Shown here: one piece after another, positions 11,897 through 22,830 of the stretch
Layout: every line of letters begins with the position of its first letter
Position numbering within the stretch: the stretch's first letter is position 1
NCBI GenBank assembly: GCA_963578825.1
Contig: CAUZDW010000007.1
Span: forward strand, 28,449 to 92,448
Reading direction: 5' to 3'
DNA from: Vicinamibacteria bacterium
GTDB taxonomy: Bacteria; Acidobacteriota; Vicinamibacteria; Fen-336
DNA length: 64,000 nucleotides
Program-made: the position numbers and the translations under genes
Notes under the pieces: model-generated
Database searches by the model: none
Told to the model about the DNA's origin: nothing
The model's input: only the letters and a program-made list of their open reading frames with translations

Positions 11897-12515
11897 GGAC
11901 GACCTCGGCGTTGTAGGCGACCAGCCGCCAGCCCGCCGGCGTCTCCTCGAGCTCGGTCCACGAACAGGGCGCGGGGCGGGCCAGGGCCTGTCGGTAGACG
12001 GCCAGTTCGAGACCCAGGAGCGCCGCCACCGTGACCCGCACCACCGTCGCGTGCGACACGAAGAGCACTCGCCCGGCGTCGCGACCGGTCACGGTCGGGA
12101 CCATCCGCCCGGCCACGTCCTGCACCGACTCTCCCCCCGGGAAGCCGTCGATCCGTCCCGACTCGAAGGCGGCGAAGCGAGCGGAATCCCTCTCTCTCGC
12201 CTCTTCGAAGGTGAGCCCCTCCCAGGCCCCGAAGTCCACCTCACGCAAGCGCGCGTCCACCTCGACGCCGCCGGCAGGCCTGGACGTGGCGGCGCCGAGC
12301 TCCGCCGTCTGATGGGCTCGGCGGAGGGGGCTCGCGACAACCACCTCGGGGGCGAAGCGCACGACCTCCGCCGCAAGGTCTCGCGCCTGGCGCTCGCCCC
12401 GGGCGTTCAGCGGCGGATCCGATCGGCCCACGAAGCGGCCGGCGGCGTTCAGGTCGCTCTCGCCGTGGCGAACCAGGACGATGGACCGGCGGCGAGGCGT
12501 CCCCGGCGGGCTCAT
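11889..12515 (-). CDS. Histidine phosphatase (phosphoglycerate mutase family)
   Basis: LVRHGES, SPLRRA.QTA, LREVDFGAWEG, FVSHA; start uncertain (12515 or 12584). Confidence 0.9.
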   Translation of the reverse strand: MSPPGTPRRRSIVLVRHGESDLNAAGRFVGRSDPPLNARGERQARDLAAEVVRFAPEVVVASPLRRAHQTAELGAATSRPAGGVEVDARLREVDFGAWEGLTFEEARERDSARFAAFESGRIDGFPGGESVQDVAGRMVPTVTGRDAGRVLFVSHATVVRVTVAALLGLELAVYRQALARPAPCSWTELEETPAGWRLVAYNAEVVRG

Positions 12516-12620
12516 GCGCCGCCCCTCGGGACGGCTCTCCTCCGCCTCATGCATCCGGAGAGGATACTGGAGATCGACGCTCACAAGAGGGTGCGGGCCC
12601 GCATTGCTATACTGCCGCGC

Positions 12621-14249
12621 GTGGAGACGATCCGGTCACGCTGGAGAGCGGTCTTCATCCTCGCGATCCTTCTGGCCGCGGTCCTGCGTCTTCCCGGTCT
12701 CGCCTCACGCCCGATGCACGCCGACGAGGCCGTTCACGCGGACAAGTTCGGGGCCCTCTTGGACGGCGGGCGCTACGCCTACGATCCCTCCGAGTACCAC
12801 GGGCCCACCCTCTACTACCTGACCCTGCTTTCAGCCTGGCTCCAGGGCGCTCGGCGGTACGTCGAGATCGACGAGGTCACCCTCCGCTCCGTCCCGGCAG
12901 TGCTCGGGTTGGCTCTCGTCGCCGCTCACCTCGGAGCGAGGGCCTTTCTGGGGACACCGGCCGCCGCGGTCGGCGCGCTGCTGGCCGCGATCTCCCCGGC
13001 CATGGTTTTCTACAGCCGCTACTACATCCACGAAGTCCCGCTCGTCCTCTTCACCTTTGGCGCGCTGCTCGGGGGGTTCCGGTACCTGCGGAAGCCGGGC
13101 GCCTTCCCGGCGCTGGTGACGGGCACATGCGTGGGCCTGATGCACGCCACGAAGGAGACTGCCCCTCTCGCGCTGGGGTCGATGCTCCTGGCGGTTGCGC
13201 TGACCCTGCTCGTCGAACGCCGGCGCAGGCAGGCTCGCGCGCCGATCAGGAGCGTCGTCCGCGGCCGGGACGTGCTGCTGGCGCTCCTCGCGGCAGTCGT
13301 GGTGTCGGGCGTGCTCTATTCCTCGCTCCTGGACAACCCCGGGGGCATCGTGGACTCGGCGCGGGCCTACGGGATCTACGTGGATCGAGCCGGTGCCGCC
13401 TCCAGGCATTTCCACCCCTGGGACTACTACCTGAGCCTGCTGATCCACTTTCCCTCGCGCGGCACCCCGGCGTGGACCGAGGGTCTCATCCTCGTGCTGG
13501 CGGCCGCCGGGTGCGCGGCCGGGTGGAGCGCGAAGGGCGTCCCGGGCGCGGACTCGAGGATCCTCCGCTTCCTGGCTCTCTACACCCTCGCGATGGTCGT
13601 CCTCTACGCGGTGATACCGTACAAGACTCCCTGGTGCCTCCTGGGGTTCCTCCACGGGATGATCCTCCTGGCCGGCGCCGGCGCCGTCTGGCTGGTGCGG
13701 GCCGTCCGGGGCACCCCGCTCAGGGCCGTGCTCTGCGCAGTGCTGATCGCGGCCGCGGCGCACCTCGCGTGGCAGGCTTTCTCCGGGAGCTTCCGCTTCC
13801 CCGCCGATCCCCGCAACCCGTACGTCTATGCCCACACCGGAACCGGCGTGTTCCGGATCGTCGGGCGCTTGAAGGACCTGGCCCGGGCCCACCCGGACGG
13901 CCTGTCCATGCCGCTGCAGATCATCAGCCGGGAGAACCTCTGGCCCTTGCCCTGGTATCTGCGCGAGCTCTCCCGAGTCGGCTGGTGGAACGGGGTCTCG
14001 GACGAGGCAGAGAACGCCCCGGTCATCGTCGTGACTCCGGAGATGGAGGCGGACTTGGTGAGGAAGCTCTACGACCTGCCGCCCCCCGGGGAGCGGGAGC
14101 TCTACATGAGCATCTTCGAGGCGCCCGCCGAGCTGCGTCCGCAGGTCGAGCTGCGCGGCTACGCGGCGAAGATCCTGTGGGACGATTTCCGTCGGCTCGA
14201 AGTCGATCCGCCTCCACCTCCACCTCCTGACTCCGGCCTCCGGCCATGA
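12621..14249 (+). CDS. TIGR03663-like / GT-C fold membrane glycosyltransferase (Agl23-like)
   Basis: MHADEAVHA, YDPSEYHGPTLYY, FYSRYYIHE, YKTPWC and multiple TM helices. The probable start is GTG 12621; the 11625 start is shadow extension over opposite-strand genes. Confidence 0.7.
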   Translation: METIRSRWRAVFILAILLAAVLRLPGLASRPMHADEAVHADKFGALLDGGRYAYDPSEYHGPTLYYLTLLSAWLQGARRYVEIDEVTLRSVPAVLGLALVAAHLGARAFLGTPAAAVGALLAAISPAMVFYSRYYIHEVPLVLFTFGALLGGFRYLRKPGAFPALVTGTCVGLMHATKETAPLALGSMLLAVALTLLVERRRRQARAPIRSVVRGRDVLLALLAAVVVSGVLYSSLLDNPGGIVDSARAYGIYVDRAGAASRHFHPWDYYLSLLIHFPSRGTPAWTEGLILVLAAAGCAAGWSAKGVPGADSRILRFLALYTLAMVVLYAVIPYKTPWCLLGFLHGMILLAGAGAVWLVRAVRGTPLRAVLCAVLIAAAAHLAWQAFSGSFRFPADPRNPYVYAHTGTGVFRIVGRLKDLARAHPDGLSMPLQIISRENLWPLPWYLRELSRVGWWNGVSDEAENAPVIVVTPEMEADLVRKLYDLPPPGERELYMSIFEAPAELRPQVELRGYAAKILWDDFRRLEVDPPPPPPPDSGLRP

Positions 14250-15176
14250 AGCCGGAGGAACCCACCCGAGCCGGACTCGCCCTTGGCGATGCCACGGCCG
14301 GGCTCGATGCGCATCGGTTCGCTCACGAGGCGATGGCCGCGGTGTTCGAGGTCATCTGTGCCCACGACGACTCGGGCTACGCTCGTCAGGCGGCACAGGC
14401 CGCCTTCGACCGGGTCGACCGGCTGGAGCTCGAGCAGAGCCGGTTCATCGCCAACAGCGACGTCTCGCGCATCAACAACCTGGCCCGAGGCGAAGGCACT
14501 CGAGTGAGCCCGTCGACGATGGAGTGCCTGGAGATCGCCCGGCGCATGCACACCCTGACCGGCCGAGCCTTCGACATCTCGATTGGCTCGGGTCTGCAGA
14601 GTCTCGACCTCGTCCCGGACGAGCTCGTCGTTCGGGCTCAGGCCGATGGGATCCGGCTGGACCTGGGCGGCATCGGCAAGGGCTACGAGGTCGACCGCAT
14701 GGCGGACCTGCTCGACGAGTGGGACGTCCCGAGGGCCCTCATACACGGCGGGTTCAGCTCGGTTCTCGCCCGGGACGCTCCCCCGGTTCGCGAGGGGTGG
14801 CCTCTCACCCTGACCGCGCCCGGCCCCGGGGACGACGGGGCCCGGATCCGGATCTTCGGCGCGGCAAGAGGCCTTCAGCGCGTCGGGCACGCGGAAGGAG
14901 GACCACATCCGGGATCCGCTGGCAAGCCGACCGGTCCACGAGCGAGCCGCCTGGGCGGCCCTGTCCTGCCGCGCCGGGACGGAAGCGGACGCGAGCGGAG
15001 AATGGCTCGACGCCGTGCGGTCGCCGGCGGCCGTTGCGGAGGCCCTCTCGACCGCGTTCCTGATCCTGCCCGCAGAGGAGATCGCGGAGCTGTGTCGAAG
15101 AGGCCCGCGACTCGAGGCCTGGATCATCCGGGAGACGCCGGCAGGCGGAAGGGCGGGGCTGGCCCCGTCCATCTGA
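14246..15176 (+). CDS. apbE: FAD:protein FMN transferase (ApbE family), frameshifted near 14860
   Basis: HEAMAAVFE, SDVSRIN, GRAFDI, LDLGGIGKGY; the C-terminus (AFSASGTRKEDHIRDP...AEALSTAF) continues in another frame. Confidence 0.8.
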
Positions 15177-15271
15177 CTGGGTCACCGGCCCGGTGCGGGC
15201 GTCACGAAAAAGGGCTCTTCTAGATCAGATGACTCTCGTCGCAGGGACTCAAAGAAAGACAAAGAAAGATA

Positions 15272-15997
15272 ATGGTGCCCATGACAGGACACACCGGACC
15301 CACTCGGATCGCCGTCTGGCCTTCCCCCCGCCGCGTCGCGGGCATCGGGATCACGGCGCTGTGCTCCCTTTGCGTCCTCCCCGGCACGCTCGGGGCTCAG
15401 ACACTGGCACCGATCCCCATCGAGCTGCCGAAGCCGATGTTCGAGGGCACGCCGCAGAATCTCTCGGTCTCCAACCTGCAGAAGCCCCTCGGCCGGCCGC
15501 GCGACCCGTTCCTCGCCCCCGCCGGCGTCACGAACGTCGCCCGGGACAAGCCGGTCATGAGCAGCGACATGGAGCCGATCATCGGCGAGATCGAGCAGAC
15601 CACCGATGGCGACAAGATGGGGGTCGAGGGCAGCTTTGTCGAGCTGGGCCCCGAGGTGCAGCACGTCACGATCGACCTGGGCGCACCGCACGAGGTCTTC
15701 GCCATCCTCTTCTGGCACTATCACAAGACGGCCCGCGCCTACCTCGACGTCGTCGTCCAGATGGCCGACGACGCCGATTTCACGACCAACGTCCGCACCC
15801 TCTTCAACAACGACCACGACAACACGTCGGGGCTGGGCGCGGGCAAGGACATGAACTACGTCGAGACGTCCGAGGGCAAGCTCGTGGACGCCCGGGGTTC
15901 CCGGGCGCGCTACGTCCGGTTGTACAGCAACGGCAGCAACGCCAATGAGCTCAACCACTACGTCGAGGTCGAGGTCTTCGGCCGCCCGGCGAAGTAG
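15272..15997 (+). CDS. Secreted galactose-binding/discoidin-like domain protein
   Basis: Signal-like N-terminus; VTIDLG and ARYVRLYSNG...NHYVEVEVFG are typical of the F5/8 type C-like jelly roll. Confidence 0.6.
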   Translation: MVPMTGHTGPTRIAVWPSPRRVAGIGITALCSLCVLPGTLGAQTLAPIPIELPKPMFEGTPQNLSVSNLQKPLGRPRDPFLAPAGVTNVARDKPVMSSDMEPIIGEIEQTTDGDKMGVEGSFVELGPEVQHVTIDLGAPHEVFAILFWHYHKTARAYLDVVVQMADDADFTTNVRTLFNNDHDNTSGLGAGKDMNYVETSEGKLVDARGSRARYVRLYSNGSNANELNHYVEVEVFGRPAK

Positions 15998-16006
15998 GAG
16001 AAAGCC

Positions 16007-17443
16007 ATGGCCAAAGACGACGAGAAGGACCAGGACGGCGGTCCCGGCAAGGGTCTCGGGAAGAAGCTCGATCGCCGCGACGTGCTCCTGGGCCTGTCCA
16101 CGGTCCCGGCGCTGGGCCTCTTCGGCCAGGCCTGGCGCAAGCAACGCCAGTACGAGCAGGTCCAGAAGGAGGCCGCCAGCGTCGACGAGGCTGCCGCGCC
16201 CACCGACGTCTCCGAGATCAACGTGGCCATTCTCGGCTCGGGAGCCCAGGGGCAGGTCCTCCTCGACTCCATGCTGAAGATCCCCGGGCTCCGATTCCGT
16301 GCGGTGTGCGACATCTGGAAGGAGTACAACCAGAAGAGGGCGGTCAGGATCCTCAAGAAGTACAAGTTCGACGTCAACGGGTACGAAGACTACCGGGAGA
16401 TGCTCGACAAGGAGAAGGATCTCGACGCGGTCATCATTGCCACTCCCGACTTCTGGCACGCCCCGCACACCGTGGACTGTCTCGAGGCGGGCCTGCACGT
16501 GTACTGCGAGAAGGAGATGTCGAACACCCTGGAGGGCGCCCGGAGCATGGTGCTCGCCGCCCGGAAGAGCGGGAAGCTGCTCCAGATCGGGCACCAGCGG
16601 CGCAGCCACCCGCGCTACCTGCACGCCCACGACAAGCTGCTCCAGGAAGCCCAGATTCTCGGGCGGATCGTGACCGTCAACGGCCAATGGAATCGCTCCG
16701 TGTCGCCGGACCTGGGCTGGCCGGCGCGCTACGCCATCCCGGACGCCCGCTTGCGGCAGTACGGGTTCAAGTCCATGGCCCAGTACCGCAACTGGCGCTG
16801 GTACAAGGGGCTCGGGGGAGGGCCGATCGTCGATCTGGGCTCGCACCAGATCGACATCTTCAACTGGTTCCTCGGCGCCAACCCGTCCCACGTGATGGCG
16901 AGCGGCGGCCTGGACTATCACGACCCCGCAACCCACGAGTGGTACGACACCGTGATGACCGTCTACGAGTTCGAGACCGCCAGGGGGAAGGCCCGGGCCT
17001 ACTACCAGACCCAGACCACCAACGGCAGCCTGGGCTACTTCGAGAACTTCATGGGCGACCAAGGCACCCTGGTCATCTCCGAGTCGGAGGCGGCCAACTC
17101 CGGATACGTGTATCGCGATCCCAACGCCCCCGCCTGGGACGAGTGGGTCCAGCGGGGCTACATCACGGCACCGGAGCTCCAGGAGACGGTACGAACGGAC
17201 GAGGATGCGGTGCTGGACGTCCGCGAGTCGGTGTCGCCGGACCAGCACACCATCCCGGTGGTGCTTCGGGATCCCTACCACCAGCCGCACCTGCAGAACT
17301 TCTTCGACGCCATCCGCGGCACGGCGACGCTGAACTGTCCCGCCGAGATCGGCTACGAAACGGCGGTCACCGTTCTCAAGGTGAACGAGGCGATCGAGGC
17401 GAACGAGCGGCTGTCGTTCCGGCCGGAGGAATTCGAGGTCTGA
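16007..17443 (+). CDS. Gfo/Idh/MocA oxidoreductase (Tat-like DRRDVL)
   Basis: VAILGSGAQG, ATPDFWH, YCEKEM, QIGHQRRS, DLGSHQID. Confidence 0.88.
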   Translation: MAKDDEKDQDGGPGKGLGKKLDRRDVLLGLSTVPALGLFGQAWRKQRQYEQVQKEAASVDEAAAPTDVSEINVAILGSGAQGQVLLDSMLKIPGLRFRAVCDIWKEYNQKRAVRILKKYKFDVNGYEDYREMLDKEKDLDAVIIATPDFWHAPHTVDCLEAGLHVYCEKEMSNTLEGARSMVLAARKSGKLLQIGHQRRSHPRYLHAHDKLLQEAQILGRIVTVNGQWNRSVSPDLGWPARYAIPDARLRQYGFKSMAQYRNWRWYKGLGGGPIVDLGSHQIDIFNWFLGANPSHVMASGGLDYHDPATHEWYDTVMTVYEFETARGKARAYYQTQTTNGSLGYFENFMGDQGTLVISESEAANSGYVYRDPNAPAWDEWVQRGYITAPELQETVRTDEDAVLDVRESVSPDQHTIPVVLRDPYHQPHLQNFFDAIRGTATLNCPAEIGYETAVTVLKVNEAIEANERLSFRPEEFEV

Positions 17444-17468
17444 AGCGGCCCGCGCCGCAGAGGTGGAC

Positions 17469-17993
17469 ATGAAGCAAGGGACGCTCTCCAGTGTGCAGAT
17501 GGCCACCGTGGTCGCCCTGCGGGTCCTGATTGGGTGGCATTTCCTCTACGAGGGCCTGTCCAAGCTGACGGCGCCGAGCTGGTCGGCGAAGGGCTTTCTC
17601 CTGCAGTCGCGTGGCCCCCTCGCGGAGGTCTTCCGGTGGATGGCCGCCGACCCGGAGGTGCTGGAGATCGTGAACCAGCTCAACATGTGGGGGATCACCC
17701 TCATCGGGCTCGGGCTGATTCTCGGCTGCTTCACCCGCCTCGCCAGCGCTGCCGGCATCCTCGTCATACTGCTGTTCTACCTGTGCAATCCCCCCTTCGT
17801 CGGCTACTTCTACTCGATCCCCACGGAGGGGAGCTACCTGATCGTGAACAAGAACCTCGTGGAGCTAGCGGCGCTCGCCGTCATCCTCGTGACCGGCAGC
17901 GGCCGCGCCGCGGGCCTGGATCGGATCGTCCACCGCCTCCTCGGCAAGCGCGATCGGCCATCGAGGGGCGCCACCTCCTCCGGCCGAGCCTGA
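17469..17993 (+). CDS. DoxX / DoxD-like membrane protein
   Basis: LRVLIGWHFLYEGLSK, LGLILGCFTR, NKNLVE. Confidence 0.85.
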   Translation: MKQGTLSSVQMATVVALRVLIGWHFLYEGLSKLTAPSWSAKGFLLQSRGPLAEVFRWMAADPEVLEIVNQLNMWGITLIGLGLILGCFTRLASAAGILVILLFYLCNPPFVGYFYSIPTEGSYLIVNKNLVELAALAVILVTGSGRAAGLDRIVHRLLGKRDRPSRGATSSGRA

Positions 17994-18015
17994 GCTGAGG
18001 TTCCCCAAGGCCATC

Positions 18016-18711
18016 GTGGACCTGTCCCCGACCATCGGAGAGGACATGCCCACCAGGTCTCTCGGCGTCGCGGCTCTCGAAGCCTTCGGTATCCCCCCGA
18101 CGACGACCTTCGAGCCCAAGGTCACCGAGGAGCCTTTCTATGCCGCGGATGCCCCCATCACCCTGTTCAATCATGCCGGGCCCCATCACGATCCCCCCAA
18201 TCACCTCATAAAAGGGGGCAAGTCCTCCGATCAGATCCCCCTCGATCGCTTCTATGGTCGTGCCAGGTTCTTCGATTTCCGCTCCACGCCGAACGACGAG
18301 CCCCTCCTGCCCTCCGATTTCGAGAAGCGCGGTATCGAACCCGAAGACATCGTGATCGTCTTCGTCGATTACGAGGCGCCGACCGTCCCCGGGGAGCTTC
18401 CCTCCTATGCCTACCTGTCAGGAGAGGCGGCCGAGTACCTTGCCGCTCTCCCCATCAAGGCCTTCGCCTCGAACATGCCGAGCCTGGGAAACGTGAAGCG
18501 TTACTTCAAGCTGATCGAGGAGGAACACACCGGCTCGGAGGACCTGTTCCCGGAGCACCATGCTTTCTTGTCTCGAGACATCCCCAACATCGAAGGCCTG
18601 GCCAATCTGGAAGACCTGGTGGGCGCCGAAGACATCGTCTTCGTCGGCTTCCCCCTGAAGATCAAAGACGGGAACGGCGCGCCCCTGCGACCGGCAGCAC
18701 TCGTGTATTGA
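18016..18711 (+). CDS. Cyclase family (kynurenine formamidase-like) protein
   Basis: DLSPTI, NHAGPHHDPPNH, IEGLANL, FPLKI..GNGAPLR. Confidence 0.75.
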   Translation: MDLSPTIGEDMPTRSLGVAALEAFGIPPTTTFEPKVTEEPFYAADAPITLFNHAGPHHDPPNHLIKGGKSSDQIPLDRFYGRARFFDFRSTPNDEPLLPSDFEKRGIEPEDIVIVFVDYEAPTVPGELPSYAYLSGEAAEYLAALPIKAFASNMPSLGNVKRYFKLIEEEHTGSEDLFPEHHAFLSRDIPNIEGLANLEDLVGAEDIVFVGFPLKIKDGNGAPLRPAALVY

Positions 18712-18776
18712 CGTCTGCTACTTCGCGTTCTCCGTCAAAGCGGAGATAGATGGCCGGAGCTGAGGCGCTACTTCAA

Positions 18777-18800
18777 GCAACTCGGGGCGCCCCGAGTTGC
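18777..18800. terminator. Perfect 24-bp palindrome/hairpin downstream of the cyclase gene
   Basis: GCAACTCGGGGC|GCCCCGAGTTGC; no clear U-tract. Confidence 0.4.
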
Positions 18801-18889
18801 GTCTCTGTCACTCAACCCAGACCAGCGCAATGAGCAGAAGCGGATGGTCGTAGAAGACTCCAGGGAAGTCGGCAGGGGGGCTCGCATGT

Positions 18890-18934
18890 TGGTGGCCAGG
18901 GACGGAATTGAACCGCCGACACGCGGATGTTCAG
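18890..18934 (-). repeat. att duplicate: 3' half of tRNA-Phe (45 bp, 1 mismatch)
   Basis: TGGTGGCCAGGGACGGAATTGAACCGCCGACACGCGGATGTTCAG matches 21895-21939. Confidence 0.95.
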
Positions 18935-19190
18935 AGCGACGAGAACCCACTGACCAACGACAACCAACGAGAGCCAACGTCGTCTAATCAGCAGCTTCCC
19001 GGCCATCCCCGACACGCCCAAGCCCCCTTGGGTGGCCTTGGCTCGCGTTGGTTAGGGGCAAGTGGAGTTTGCCGTGCAGGCACCGCGCAGTCGAAAGCCG
19101 GCTCCAACTTCGCAATCCGTGCACGGCCGCCCCCTGGGCGTCAGGACGCCAGCCAGTGGCCCCACCGGCTGGCGTCCTGCGACCAAACGA

Positions 19191-20066
19191 TCAGACGTTG
19201 GCCGTCTCTTCCTGGTGAACGTCCTCACCCGGATGGGTGGGGTCGCCGGGCCGACGGTCGTTGTAGACAAGCGCATGCAGCATTTCGTAGAGGTCCTTCT
19301 GTCCGGCGAAGCCAGCCTGGCTACGCATCCAGGCGTTGTTGTCACGCTTCTCCCAGTCGACTTCGACGAGCTTGGCAGCCAGCTCCTCCAGCTTGCCCGG
19401 CTCCTTCAACTCCAGGCCCGAGGTGACGATGTCGTTTCCGAGATTCGCCAACGAGGCTACACCGACCAGGTCCTTGATTCGGTACTGAATCTTGATCGTG
19501 CGTCGTTCACCCGTCACCGGGTCCGTCTCGTCTCGCGTGGCGGGGGTGCGTTCCATGGCTCCAGACATGCTTCCTTCACAGCCTTCCAGTACCGCTTCGC
19601 GTACTTGAGCGGCAGCCCTTCATCGATGTTGTTCAGGCGGGAATGGCGAGTCACCGGGAACATGTTGCCGGTCGAACTCCTGAGGCCTTCGTAGGTGACC
19701 AGCCGGTTGCGGATCGCGAACGCCCGTCATGTTGATCTGCTCCTCATCATCCACCGGACCCCACACCGAGTCAGCTTCACGGCAGAGGGAGAAAGCGATG
19801 CGCCTGATCTGCTGCGCGTACGCCTCGGAGTCCGCCTCGGTGATGTCACCACGCGTCGTTTCGATCAGGGCCTTCGGGAGCTTCCTTTGCGTCACGTTGA
19901 TGGTGTTGAACAACTCCGCCTCTTCGATGAAGGTCAGCCCGAAGTAGAACATCACCGGGATTTCCGGCAGGAAATCCGGTTCGCGCTCCCACTCGGCGAT
20001 GCACCCGCCCATTCGATGTTGCCCGTCGACGATGGACGCTACCTTGGCGCCAAACCGTCCTTTGAT
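19191..20066 (-). pseudogene. DGQHR-domain protein remnant (DndB/DpdB-like family), 5'-truncated and frameshifted
   Basis: SIVDGQHRMGG...AELFNTINVTQRKLPK; continues across ORFs 19620-20216 and 19191-19568 through frame changes. Confidence 0.8.
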
Positions 20067-20300
20067 CGCGCCGACGCTTACGCCTGGCTGCCGCTGCTGA
20101 TGGACGAAAAGCAGCGCCAGATCGCCGCCTACGAGTCCGCCCTGCCCCACGCCTCCACCGCCAACGCCGGCGTGCGCGACGAACTGCAAACCCTCCTGGC
20201 CGAGAACCGCCAACACCTCCAGCAGCTGCAGGCCATATAGCCCCGGGCATGCCCGGGGCCAATCCGGGGGCCCTAGCCGCGACGAATGGGTCGGGGCGCT

Positions 20301-21107
20301 CTAACGCAGGAACCGGCCGCCGTTGATGTCCAGCAGTGCGCCGTTCACGAAGCGGGCGGCGTCACTGACCAGAAACAGCACCGCGGCCGCGACTTCTTCC
20401 GCTGTGCCGTTGCGGCCGAGCGGGGTTTCCTTGCGGTACTCTTCCATGCGCTGCGGGCTGGTGTAGATTTCGTGGTGCCGTGTCTCGATCACGCCGGGCA
20501 TGATTGCGTTGGTGCGGATTTCGGGCGCCAGCTCCCGCGCTAACGTGCGCGTCATCACCTGCAGCCCGCCTTTGGCGATCGCGTACGGGCCGGCGCCGTT
20601 GGCGCCGCCGGTCTGAATCGAAAGGGTCAGGTTGTTGACGATGGCCCCGTTGCCCGAGCGACGCAAATGGGCAATGGCGTGCTGCGTGAGGACAAATGTG
20701 CCCGTCAGGTTCGTGTCGATGACGGTCTGCCACAAATCCAGCGAACAATCTTCTATGCGAGCACGCTCGACGGGTGATCCGGCATTGTTCACCAGGATGT
20801 CCAGCCGTCCGGCCCGTTCGACAAACTCGGTGATGATGCCGGGGGCCCGTTCAAAATCGGTCAGGTCGCCTTGAACCAGGACAGCTTGCCCGCCCTGTTC
20901 CGCAACGCCCTTCTGCACCGCTTCAGCGTCTTGCCGACTGCGGTTGTAATGAATGCCGACGAACGCCCCGGCCTCCGCCAGCCGCTGGGCCACCGCGCGA
21001 CCGATGCCCACCGCTCCGCCGGTGACCAGCGCGGCCCGGCCGGTCAGGTTGGTGGTTGCTTGGGTCATTTGGCTTGGACCGAATTCCGATGACGTAGGAA
21101 TCACCAT
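20301..21107 (-). CDS. SDR family oxidoreductase
   Basis: ALVTGGAVGIG, LVNNAG, YAIAK catalytic YxxxK, DINGG. Confidence 0.92.
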   Translation of the reverse strand: MVIPTSSEFGPSQMTQATTNLTGRAALVTGGAVGIGRAVAQRLAEAGAFVGIHYNRSRQDAEAVQKGVAEQGGQAVLVQGDLTDFERAPGIITEFVERAGRLDILVNNAGSPVERARIEDCSLDLWQTVIDTNLTGTFVLTQHAIAHLRRSGNGAIVNNLTLSIQTGGANGAGPYAIAKGGLQVMTRTLARELAPEIRTNAIMPGVIETRHHEIYTSPQRMEEYRKETPLGRNGTAEEVAAAVLFLVSDAARFVNGALLDINGGRFLR

Positions 21108-21439
21108 AATAGTCTTAAGCTGCCCACATCAACCGAATCCGTACGGAGCCGCCGGTGCCGCTCGGACCGTCAGGACCGATCGGGACGGACCCGCTGCCGC
21201 TCCCACCGTCGTCGAGCGACACCTACGTCTACCTGTCTGGTCCGGAGAACACGCTCGGTCGGGGGCAGATCCGGCCCAATGGACGGTAGATAGCCAGCCC
21301 ACCGCGCCCCTCTAACGGGCTGAGCTGACAAGGCTTCTAGGGGCTGGTCCGTGTCTGGTCCGCCTTCGTTACAGGGCTCTGCTGCGGTCCTGGGACGCCA
21401 CACCCCCGTGAGACGAATTGTGCCGGCGGCTAGGGTCAT

Positions 21440-21814
21440 TCCCGAACACCGGTATCCGCGCCGGCTGCCGCCTTCCTCGTCGCGGGCGCTCGTGCGGAGG
21501 GCGCATGCACATTCGTACCTTCCGTCGCGCCTGGGCTGCCGCGTGTGTGAACGCCGGCCTCGGGCACGAGGTCCGGGAGCCCGATGTCATCGAGCCGGAC
21601 GGCATCGTCCACAAGGGTCGGCTCGTCCGGCGTGTCACTCCGACCCCGCACGACTTCCGCCGCACAGCAGCTATGCGGCTGGAAGACGCGCTCGGTGTTC
21701 GACCGCTACCGCATCGTGCCCGAGCAGGACCTCGCAGACGGGCTTGCCAAGCTCGCTGGCCACACGGAGACGGCTAAGGCGCGCAAGATCGTCTCGCTGC
21801 GGGGTCGCCGATGA
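21440..21814 (+). pseudogene. Tyrosine recombinase/integrase C-terminal remnant
   Basis: FRRAWAAACVNAGL...PHDFRRTAA, then in another frame GWKTRSVFDRYRIVPEQDL (catalytic Tyr region). The N-terminus and the segment between the motifs are missing. Confidence 0.85.
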
Positions 21815-21894
21815 AGGATGGGCACAGAACGGGCACAATCGGGCGAGATCAGCGCCTCAAGGCCCCGGGCGGTCCGCGTAAGTTGCTGAGTGGT

Positions 21895-21970
<76 letters not shown>

Positions 21971-22039
21971 AAGTAGGCGAACGATCATTCAAGCACAGTC
22001 ATTCTGGGAGGTCAAAGCTGGGCCGCACCCCCGACCGAT

Positions 22040-22830
22040 CTACGCCAGTAGGCCGTTCGCGACGTGGGCGGGCTTCTCGACGCCGACGAGCTTCTGGTCG
22101 AGGCCCTGGTGTCGGAACGTGAAGGCGTTGTGGTCCAGGCCGAAGAGGTTCAGGATCGTCGCGTGGAGGTCTCGCTGGTGCACCGGGTCCTTCGTGATGT
22201 TGTAGCTGAAGTCGTCGGTCTCGCCGTAGACCGTGCCTGCCCTGACGCCCGCGCCGGCGAGCCAGATCGAGTAGCAGCGCGGATGGTGGTCCCGCCCGTA
22301 GGTGTCCTCCTCGAGCTTGCCCTGGGAGTAGACGGTGCGGCCGAACTCCCCGCCCCAGATGACGAGCGTGTCCTCGAGGAGGCCGCGTTGCATCAGGTCC
22401 GTGATCAGGCCGTAGCATCCCTGATCCGTGTCTTCGGCTTGCATGCGATGTTGGCGCGGGAGGTCGCTGTGTGAGTCCCAGCGTCGATGGTAGATCTGCA
22501 CGAAGCGGACGCCGCGCTCGATCATGCGGCGCGCCAGCAGGCAGTTTGCAGCGAACGTTCCGGGCTTGCGCGCATCGTCGCCGTAGAGCTTCAGGACGGA
22601 TTCCGGCTCCTGGGAGACGTCGGTCAGCTCCGGGACCGAGGCCTGCATCCGGAACGCCATCTCGTATTGCGCGATGCGTGTCTCTGTTTCCGGGTCGCGG
22701 AGTGCCCGGGCCTGCTGCTCGTTGAGGGCCTGGACCCCGTCGAGCATGCGCCTTCGGGGTCGCTCAAGTAGAGGACCGGATCGCCCGCGCCGCGCACGGA
22801 GATGCCAGCGAGCCACCGGAAGGTGCAGCA
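22040..22830 (-). pseudogene. DUF1501 family protein, C-terminal fragment
   Basis: [53 protein letters not shown]; GDPVLYL lies in a shifted frame and the N-terminal half is absent. Confidence 0.8.

Noticed and set aside
11625-12620. 874-aa ORF start at 11625
   Set aside because: The extension overlaps the opposite-strand FGGY kinase and phosphatase genes; family-like sequence begins only at about 12621.
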